Below are positions 1 through 5,570 of a stretch of DNA of 24,755 bases, in pieces. Within the stretch, counting starts at the first letter, position 1; every line of letters starts with the position of its first letter. Below the pieces are notes generated by a model, which made no database searches, was not told the DNA's origin, and saw nothing but the letters and a program-made list of their open reading frames with translations. The position numbers were made by a program, and so were the translations under genes. This DNA comes from a virus (Duplodnaviria; Caudoviricetes), in IMG/VR virus record IMGVR_UViG_3300020044_003799, positions 1-24,755 of that record. The stretch is one strand, 5' to 3'.

Positions 1-21
1 TTAGGTTCGTATTGCAGCGAA

Positions 22-219
22 TCAATCATTTGGTTTTTTTGGTAGTGGACACCAATGCGTATAAAAAGAAGTGTCTTGCTGGAGGACGCCGTATTGTGCA
101 ACACCTCCAATAGAAAGCAACTGCAATTTCACGCAGCGCGGCGTTTTTTCATCAATGGGAATCCAATAAACGTCAATGGCAACGGCAACAGTTCGCAGAG
201 TGTTCAACGTGTGCGTCAT
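22..219 (-). CDS. Small phage accessory protein, DUF551-like (65 aa)
   Basis: The ATG at 219 overlaps the upstream stop (ATGA, 216-219). The W-I-P-I...T-H-W-C-P-L-P pattern resembles DUF551-type proteins. Start trimmed from the ORF-track 246. Confidence 0.6.
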   Translation of the reverse strand: MTHTLNTLRTVAVAIDVYWIPIDEKTPRCVKLQLLSIGGVAQYGVLQQDTSFYTHWCPLPKKPND

Positions 220-650
220 TGTTTTGGGCCTTTGTGAACATTCCAATCAGTGCCGCTATTGCGGGCAGCAACAACCCGTGCATTGAATTCATTGCGAATG
301 GTGCTTCGCCGTATTTTGTTTTTTTCATTTTGCAATGAACTATCGCTTTTCATACCTTCTTTTTCAGTGTCATAAGTTGAGCTAACCAACTTTCTCAACA
401 AAAGAACATCCTTTTCCGCTGGCTGCTCCCAAAGCCGCTTACTGATTTTTGACAAATGGTTTGCAACAAATACGCGAATGCCAATTTTCCACGGATAACC
501 CGCATACGGTAATCGCAGCAATTTTGGTTGAATTTCCATAGCGTTCAAATTTGTAATGCTTGTAAACATTTGAAACGCATCCATGACATTGCCAGCTTTG
601 CGCCAAGTGCGGATGATGCAAGCATCCCAGTATTCTTGATTGCTGCTCAT
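216..650 (-). CDS. Hypothetical protein (144 aa, MSSNQEYWDAC...)
   Basis: Open frame coupled by ATGA overlaps at both ends (647-650 and 216-219). No recognised motif. Confidence 0.6.
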   Translation of the reverse strand: MSSNQEYWDACIIRTWRKAGNVMDAFQMFTSITNLNAMEIQPKLLRLPYAGYPWKIGIRVFVANHLSKISKRLWEQPAEKDVLLLRKLVSSTYDTEKEGMKSDSSLQNEKNKIRRSTIRNEFNARVVAARNSGTDWNVHKGPKQ

Positions 651-805
651 GTAGATTCCCAACCTTTGTCAAACGCTTGTTTGTTTGCGTCAATTAGTGC
701 TGTCTCTCCAGCCGTCAAGTCATTGCCGCCGACTTTGGACGTACTTACCAACGCTTGAGGTAATCCGTAAAAACCCTCCGCGCTGGCTGCATCATGTATT
801 GTCAT
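647..805 (-). CDS. Small hypothetical protein (52 aa, MTIHDAASAEG...)
   Basis: ATG at 805 overlaps the upstream stop (802-804); its own stop overlaps the next ATG. Confidence 0.5.
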   Translation of the reverse strand: MTIHDAASAEGFYGLPQALVSTSKVGGNDLTAGETALIDANKQAFDKGWEST

Positions 806-1017
806 GGGTGTATGTCCCTTAATGCTTCTAGGCACTGCTCTGCTTTCATAAGCATAAGCAACCAAGGCTGAGTTGCATGTTGAAACTCAGTTTCTGTCAA
901 GAATTGCACAATTTGTCGGTCGCCAACCCACATTTTTATTCCCGCATACGCCATAGGCTCCTGCGCTGGCTGTGCCTCAATCTCCTGCCCCAGCTTAGTC
1001 AGTTCCCACAGCGCCCG
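802..1017 (-). pseudogene. 3' part of a phage accessory protein (RALWELTKLGQEIEAQPAQEPMAY...), apparently 5'-truncated
   Basis: LGQEIE..QPAQEP resembles a recurrent phage accessory-protein segment. The frame upstream of ~1017 is antisense to a plus-strand coding segment, and the GTG at 1062 has no Shine-Dalgarno sequence. Confidence 0.45.
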
Positions 1018-1134
1018 TGGGTAGGGCTGACGGAGGTAGATGTCTTGGCTGAGTCGAAACACTGGAGGAATCCAGAAGACTTTCTGAATGGCGTGTACTG
1101 GGCAGAATGTACATTGAAGGAGAAGAACACATGA
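1005..1134 (+). pseudogene. 3' part of a phage accessory protein (PQRPWVGLT...WAECTLKEKNT), apparently 5'-truncated
   Basis: PQRxWVGLT...LKEKNT looks like a C-terminal accessory module, and the stop overlaps the next ATG (1131-1134). The portion of ORF 877-1134 before ~1005 is antisense to the minus-strand gene. Confidence 0.5.
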
Positions 1135-1293
1135 ACGAAGACAACACTTACCTTGGAGATGGCGTTTACGCCAGCCATGACGGTTATCAAATTTGGTTGG
1201 CAGTCAATCACCATGAGAACAATGTAATTGCACTAGACCCAAGCGTATTTGCTCGACTGTGCCAATATGTTGACATGCTCAAGGAGAAGAACA
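1117..1293 (+). repeat. 13-bp direct repeat AAGGAGAAGAACA (1117-1129 and 1281-1293)
   Basis: Two identical copies. Each encodes KEKN at the end of one gene and supplies the AAGGAG Shine-Dalgarno for the next ATG (1131, 1294). Confidence 0.85.
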
Positions 1294-1301
1294 ATGAGTG
1301 A
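1131..1301 (+). CDS. Small hypothetical protein (56 aa, MNEDNTYLGDGVYASHDGYQIWL...)
   Basis: AAGGAG SD at 1117, ATG at 1131, ATGA coupling to the upstream frame. Confidence 0.75.
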   Translation: MNEDNTYLGDGVYASHDGYQIWLAVNHHENNVIALDPSVFARLCQYVDMLKEKNNE

Positions 1302-1500
1302 CGGTGGCAAAGGAAGTTCACCCAGGCCAATAGAAATTAGTCGCTCTGATTTCGTGGCCCGATGGGATCAAATTTTTTCCCCAAAGTGTCCTCGATGCAA
1401 TAAAATTCTGGGTGACAAGTCTCACATTCACACTTGCACCCCGACAGAAATAAAAGATGGCACAGAAAAAGACAATACACACGATTCAGAGCCTGTATGA
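1294..1500 (+). CDS. Small protein, MSDGGKGSxPRP type, with a CxxC...HxC segment
   Basis: AAGGAG SD at 1281, ATG at 1294. The GGKGSSPRP...F..RWD.IF N-terminus resembles a recurrent small phage protein. CPRC...HIHTC could bind zinc. Confidence 0.7.
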   Translation: MSDGGKGSSPRPIEISRSDFVARWDQIFSPKCPRCNKILGDKSHIHTCTPTEIKDGTEKDNTHDSEPV

Positions 1501-1975
1501 CCGATGCGTTGAAGAAGGCGAATGCTGGAACTGGACGGGCTATTTTGCAAATGGTTCGCCGTATGTCAACCATGAAGGAAAGCTTCAATCAGTCCGGCGA
1601 TTGATGTTTTTCTTCTCCAGCAAAGTTGCAATGCCTGGCGCTAAATTCTTTGCACCTAGCTGCGGCAATTCACAGTGCGTCAATCCGGCGCATGTTGTGT
1701 CTAGGTCGCCATCGATACATGGCACAGCAATGGCAAAGAAAGTCAATCATCAGGCAATACCTCGATTGATCAAGCTGCAAAAAGTTAGCCGCTCAAGAGA
1801 AGCATCAAAGCTGACTAGAGAATTGGCTGATCAAATCTTTGCGGATGACCGATGCAACAGAAGAATTGCCGATGATTACAAGATCAGCGCGTCAATGGTG
1901 TCAAACATTAAATTGGGTAAATCATGGAAAAATCTATCAGCGACAACCAATCCTTGGGTCAGCCTAATGCGTTGA
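1457..1975 (+). CDS. HNH/His-Cys-box endonuclease-like protein with C-terminal HTH, probably catalytically degenerate
   Basis: CWNWTG, CGNSQCVNPAHV and a C-terminal IADDYKISASMVSNIKLGKSWK HTH-like segment. Confidence 0.75.
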   Translation: MAQKKTIHTIQSLYDRCVEEGECWNWTGYFANGSPYVNHEGKLQSVRRLMFFFSSKVAMPGAKFFAPSCGNSQCVNPAHVVSRSPSIHGTAMAKKVNHQAIPRLIKLQKVSRSREASKLTRELADQIFADDRCNRRIADDYKISASMVSNIKLGKSWKNLSATTNPWVSLMR

Positions 1976-2172
1976 GCATTCAAGTGGGTGGCGACCATTA
2001 CAAGAACCTTGCGATCCAGCCAGCCGAATACATTTACGCCAATGACATTGGGTTTTTTGAAGGCAATGTCATCAAATATGTCAGCCGGTGGAAACAGAAA
2101 AACGGCATTGCAGACTTGCAAAAAGCCAAGCACTACATTGATCTTTTAATCGAACTAGAAAGCAAAAAATGA
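1924..2172 (+). CDS. DUF3310 / SaV-like protein (T7 gp1.7-related putative nucleotide kinase family)
   Basis: QVGGDHY...IQP...F.EGNVIKYVSRW..KNG..DL.KA.HY family signature. Confidence 0.88.
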   Translation: MEKSISDNQSLGQPNALSIQVGGDHYKNLAIQPAEYIYANDIGFFEGNVIKYVSRWKQKNGIADLQKAKHYIDLLIELESKK

Positions 2173-2471
2173 ACTACGAAATGGTGGAAATTAATGTAAT
2201 TCGTTGGGCTGAAGCAAGACGAATTATTCCAAATTCCAAACCCTACACTCAGCTGCTGAAAGGTTTTTCAGAGATGGGTGAATTGGCCGATGCGGAAATC
2301 AAAGGAAACTTGCCAGAGATCAAAGATGCTGTCGGGGATGTGATGGTTTGCCTGATCAACTATTGCGCCCTCAAGGACATCAGCTTGGTGAAGTGTCTTG
2401 AAGGCGCGTACAACGAAATCAAAGACCGCAAAGGCACTCTCATGCCCAACGGCGTTTTCGTCAAGGATTGA
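2169..2471 (+). CDS. MazG-like all-alpha NTP pyrophosphohydrolase
   Basis: SEMGELADA and EIKDAVGDVMVCL acidic motifs, C-terminal AYNEIKDRKG...GVFVK, ATGA coupling to the upstream gene. Confidence 0.85.
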   Translation: MNYEMVEINVIRWAEARRIIPNSKPYTQLLKGFSEMGELADAEIKGNLPEIKDAVGDVMVCLINYCALKDISLVKCLEGAYNEIKDRKGTLMPNGVFVKD

Positions 2472-3051
2472 GGATAGTGGTGGCGACTTGGATGTGCTTG
2501 ATCCGATCAACCAGGCCAATTACGCCACCATTAATCTTTTTGGTCATGCTTTCATAATCCTTGGCATCAGCCTCTTTGTTGAGGTTTCGCTTATTCCAGT
2601 ACCAACCGGCAGTTAAAACAGCGTACAGAGGCTCCAAGACCTTCTCAGGGGTGTTTATGAAGTCAGTCCTGAGTGCGTCACCAGCCAGCGTGTAGTTGGT
2701 CTTGCCGGTCAACTGGATCACGCCACGGCCAATGTATTTCCAGCCATCGCCTTCCTCAGTGTTGCCCATCCGGCCAGCGTAGACCTTGTTGGCAATCTTC
2801 TCAGGATTTCGGTGGTAGGGTTCAGCGTCCTGCAAGGTCGGGAACCGGCTGGGCCACACACGGCACAGAGCCTCTTTTGAGTAGTTCAGATTTTCTTGCA
2901 GGGTCTTGAAGTTGCCGGACTCATGCTGGCACTGGCCGATGAACGCAGCCTGGCGCAAAGGCGTGTTGATCTCGTAGCGATTGAATGTTTCGATCAGCGG
3001 CTCAAACCACTGAGCATCTATATGCAATGAGGCGAGTTGATCGGCGTTCAT
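2461..3051 (-). CDS. Endolysin, glycoside hydrolase family 19 (chitinase/lysozyme-like)
   Basis: AAFIGQCQHESG, ENLNYS, IANKVY..RMGN, GRGVIQLTGKTNY and TKKINGG motifs; last gene of the late operon. Confidence 0.93.
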   Translation of the reverse strand: MNADQLASLHIDAQWFEPLIETFNRYEINTPLRQAAFIGQCQHESGNFKTLQENLNYSKEALCRVWPSRFPTLQDAEPYHRNPEKIANKVYAGRMGNTEEGDGWKYIGRGVIQLTGKTNYTLAGDALRTDFINTPEKVLEPLYAVLTAGWYWNKRNLNKEADAKDYESMTKKINGGVIGLVDRIKHIQVATTILNP

Positions 3052-3542
3052 TTAATCGCTTTCTGTAGAGCAGTTGTTTTGTCTTGGCTGGATTTGCTGG
3101 AGCCGAAATAGTACGACAGCACTTGCTGGGCAGCAGCAGTGGCGTAGCCCAAAGCAAAGATGATCAATTGCTGCTGCTCTGTCTTAATTTCCAGAAATAG
3201 CAAAGCAGCAATAAACAGGAAAGTTGTTGCTACTGTGCCAAGGGCCAAGATCGGAACAACAAGTTGGGCCAATGGGGTGGCGCCAGCCCTTGCCATCTCA
3301 AATTCACGATTACGGGCGCTGTCACGGTCTGCGGCCTCCAGCTTGGCAAACTCAAGCTCAAGCTCGACCAATTTCTGAGCAGCTTGCGGATCATTGGCAA
3401 TGGCCTTTGCTACTGCTTCAACAGATTCTTCAACGCCAAATTTTTCTGCCAGCATTAAAATGGCTTTGCCGCCCAATGGGCCAGCAACTGCGGTTGCCAG
3501 CATCGGAGCCGCGCCTTTAAGAAGATTGAGCAGAGTATCCAT
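3048..3542 (-). CDS. Putative holin (GTA-type 3TM holin-like)
   Basis: N-terminal APMLATAVAGPLGG, DRDSARNRE, two C-terminal hydrophobic helices and YYFGSS; ATGA-coupled to the endolysin. Confidence 0.75.
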   Translation of the reverse strand: MDTLLNLLKGAAPMLATAVAGPLGGKAILMLAEKFGVEESVEAVAKAIANDPQAAQKLVELELEFAKLEAADRDSARNREFEMARAGATPLAQLVVPILALGTVATTFLFIAALLFLEIKTEQQQLIIFALGYATAAAQQVLSYYFGSSKSSQDKTTALQKAIK

Positions 3543-4041
3543 AGTTTTCTACCTTATTGATGGCGCAGTTGCCGTTGCACTTTGCTAGGGCTTCCATTAC
3601 AAACCAACCTGTCGCGCCAAGCACCACCACCACGGTGACAATCAGCAGGATCATGGTGACCAGTTCATCAATCGCTTTGTCCTTGCGAGCTTTAGCTTCA
3701 CGCTCACGGCGTTCTTCATGTGCAGACTCCACATCCATTGCCGCTGCTCTGGCTTTGATCTTGTTCCAGACATCGATTTTCCCAGATTGCATAAATAAGA
3801 GCTGAAGCTCGTCTTCAAACCGCTTGGCTTGGTCGAGCGCCATCTCAATCTGGATGGCCGTGCCCATGCTTGACTTGGACTTTTTGGCTTGAACGACAGC
3901 CTTGGTGGCGGTTGACTTTGCGTCAAAATACTTTCCCAGCACGGGGCCAAGGGATGAAACGGAGTCCACCGTTGCACTGACCTTTTTGATTAAGGCAACA
4001 GCGGCCTGGATACCGGCCAAGGCGCTTATGGGATCGATCAC
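3517..4041 (-). CDS. Coiled-coil membrane protein in the lysis region (174 aa)
   Basis: GTG start overlaps the upstream TGA. Amphipathic MIDPIS N-terminus, charged coiled coil and one strong C-terminal TM helix (LVTMILLIVTVVVVLGATGWFVM). Confidence 0.75.
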   Translation of the reverse strand: MIDPISALAGIQAAVALIKKVSATVDSVSSLGPVLGKYFDAKSTATKAVVQAKKSKSSMGTAIQIEMALDQAKRFEDELQLLFMQSGKIDVWNKIKARAAAMDVESAHEERREREAKARKDKAIDELVTMILLIVTVVVVLGATGWFVMEALAKCNGNCAINKVENYGYSAQSS

Positions 4042-4160
4042 TTTTTACGCTCCCGCCATTGCAAGCACCAGACAAGCAAACGATCAGGCGACCAACTCCA
4101 CTTCACGCATTCAAATACAGGCGCGGTGATTGCCGGTGGAGTTGGCGGCAAAGCATCCAT
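4038..4160 (-). CDS. 40-aa Trp/Cys-rich peptide MDALPPTPPAITAPVFECVKWSWSPDRLLVWCLQWRERKK (not in ORF track)
   Basis: Hand-translated. The ATG (4160-4158) overlaps the upstream TAA and the TGA (4040-4038) overlaps the downstream GTG, so it fills the gap exactly. Confidence 0.65.
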   Translation of the reverse strand: MDALPPTPPAITAPVFECVKWSWSPDRLLVWCLQWRERKK

Positions 4161-4339
4161 TACAACCTGTGGCCTATTGAAGTCCAAATGACAGCGGCCA
4201 TGCTGACCAGCATCACACCGGATGCTTTGATCAGAATTCCTTCAAGGCGCTTGAGCCTGGCATTAATCATTTCATAGCGGAAAGCGCAGACTTCCTCATG
4301 TGAATTCAACCGCGCCTCTGTTTCATTGATGCTTGCCAT
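4160..4339 (-). CDS. 59-aa single-TM protein, possibly XhlA/holin-like (MASINETEARLNSHEEVCAFRYEMINARLKRLEGILIKASGVMLVSMAAVIWTSIGHRL; not in ORF track)
   Basis: Hand-translated, ATG 4339 to TAA 4162-4160. N-terminal coiled coil with HEEVCAxRY and a C-terminal hydrophobic helix. Confidence 0.78.
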   Translation of the reverse strand: MASINETEARLNSHEEVCAFRYEMINARLKRLEGILIKASGVMLVSMAAVIWTSIGHRL

Positions 4340-4350
4340 TTGTAACGCTC

Positions 4351-4377
4351 AAAAAAAGGACGCGCAAACAGTGCGCG
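4351..4377 (-). terminator. Possible intrinsic terminator or attenuator between tail and lysis genes
   Basis: Minus strand reads CGCGCA-CTGTT-TGCGCG-TCC-TTTTTTT: a 6-bp stem and a 7-U tract with a 3-nt gap, in the only intergenic space here. Confidence 0.5.
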
Positions 4378-4391
4378 AATTACACAGAATT

Positions 4392-4670
4392 TTACATTTT
4401 ATTTTCAGAAAACACATTTACAAATACAGTGCCATTTTCCAGCGCCTCGATCTCATGCCATTCATTTGCAACCAGGTTGACCGGCTGGGTGTGCTTAGTC
4501 ATCACCAGTTCCTTACCCTCTTTGCGAACCACGCAGCTACCCGCATGACACATAGTCAAATGCGCGTAACGGTGTTGATGACGCGGTAAACCTTGTCCAA
4601 TCTCAGCATGGAAAACATTGACCGTTGCCCCGTCATAGGTTACCGAATGACTTGGCATGACTAGTGTCAT
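4392..4670 (-). CDS. Cupin-domain protein (92 aa)
   Basis: LPRHQH...HLT.CHAG (motif 1) and NEWHEIEALE..TVFVNV (motif 2); ATGA-coupled to the upstream gene. Confidence 0.82.
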   Translation of the reverse strand: MTLVMPSHSVTYDGATVNVFHAEIGQGLPRHQHRYAHLTMCHAGSCVVRKEGKELVMTKHTQPVNLVANEWHEIEALENGTVFVNVFSENKM

Positions 4671-4933
4671 AGTGTTTGTGCGCCTGTGGTAACGGGCTGT
4701 TCTATGCCATCAACAATTATTGGCACAAAAACTGGCGCAACATATTCGGAAATTTGACCATGCACGCCAGCAATTAATTCCGCAAACAATGTGCGTCCAT
4801 GTTCCTCAATATCTAGCGGATTAGCCGCAAATTCCAAAAGCTCATTTCCTGTTACATCAGTTTTAATAAAACAAGTAATGGATTCATGTTCGGCATTTGA
4901 CCAAACGGGGGACTGAACTAATGTAATTTTCAT
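4667..4933 (-). CDS. Tail fibre assembly/chaperone-like protein
   Basis: P.WSNAEH..I.C...F.A.P.D.E.HGR.LF..LIAG..G.I.EY pattern, directly after the fibre gene. Confidence 0.65.
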   Translation of the reverse strand: MKITLVQSPVWSNAEHESITCFIKTDVTGNELLEFAANPLDIEEHGRTLFAELIAGVHGQISEYVAPVFVPIIVDGIEQPVTTGAQTL

Positions 4934-4934
4934 T

Positions 4935-5570
4935 TTAGGAAACCCTTAAAAACAATCCAAGTTGCAATAATGTATAACCGCCGCAACTGTCATAATAAGC
5001 TGTAATTGGCATGTGGCCAATGTTTCTCCAAGTTCCGGCGCCAACGCTTGTGTAAGTATTATTGTTAGCACCGGCGTTTGGCCAAGAAGCGGTAAATGTA
5101 GCGGTTGCATTGAGCCTATTGCCACTTGCATTTAAGTAAGCCGCATATATAGTTGAAACTACAGAAGAACCAAGTGAGCTGATATAAAATAATTTTGTGC
5201 CAGCTTGCGTTTGATTTGGATAAATCAAACTTGTGTTTGAACATCCAAACATTGCTACCGTACCAACACCATTATAAGTTTGACCCGCTACGGCATTCAT
5301 TACATCCGCAGTTGATGGAGCCGCTGCTGTAGCTGCAATACTAATAGTGCCAGCACCATTGGTGATCGTGATGTTGCTGCCAGCACTCAAAGCGGCTTGA
5401 GCATAGCCCGTGCCATTGCCAATAAGCAATTGCCCATTGGTGGGCACTGTAGTCAGATTTGTGCCGCCATTTGCAAGAGGCACTGCGCCTGACAAACTGG
5501 TTCCAGCCGCAGCTTGACCAGAGGAGTTTAAGTTGTTTGCAAATTGTGCAAGATTAAATGCTTGAGTCAT
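4935..5570 (-). CDS. Short tail fibre / receptor-binding protein (211 aa)
   Basis: Gly/Ala/Thr-rich with VPLANGGT, NGQLLIGNGTG and AGSNITITNGAGTISI fibre elements; GTWR.IG...LFLRVS C-terminus; position after the tail tip gene. Confidence 0.7.
   Translation of the reverse strand: MTQAFNLAQFANNLNSSGQAAAGTSLSGAVPLANGGTNLTTVPTNGQLLIGNGTGYAQAALSAGSNITITNGAGTISIAATAAAPSTADVMNAVAGQTYNGVGTVAMFGCSNTSLIYPNQTQAGTKLFYISSLGSSVVSTIYAAYLNASGNRLNATATFTASWPNAGANNNTYTSVGAGTWRNIGHMPITAYYDSCGGYTLLQLGLFLRVS

Noticed and set aside
1-29. Possible gene start (ATG at 29, MIDSLQYEP...) running off the left edge on the minus strand
   Set aside because: Only nine codons are visible, too little to support a call.
877-1004. 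N-terminal half of plus-strand ORF 877-1134 as a genuine gene start
   Set aside because: It lies antisense to the better-supported minus-strand coding segment, which is ATGA-coupled at 802-805, and protein-like sequence on the plus strand begins only at ~1005.
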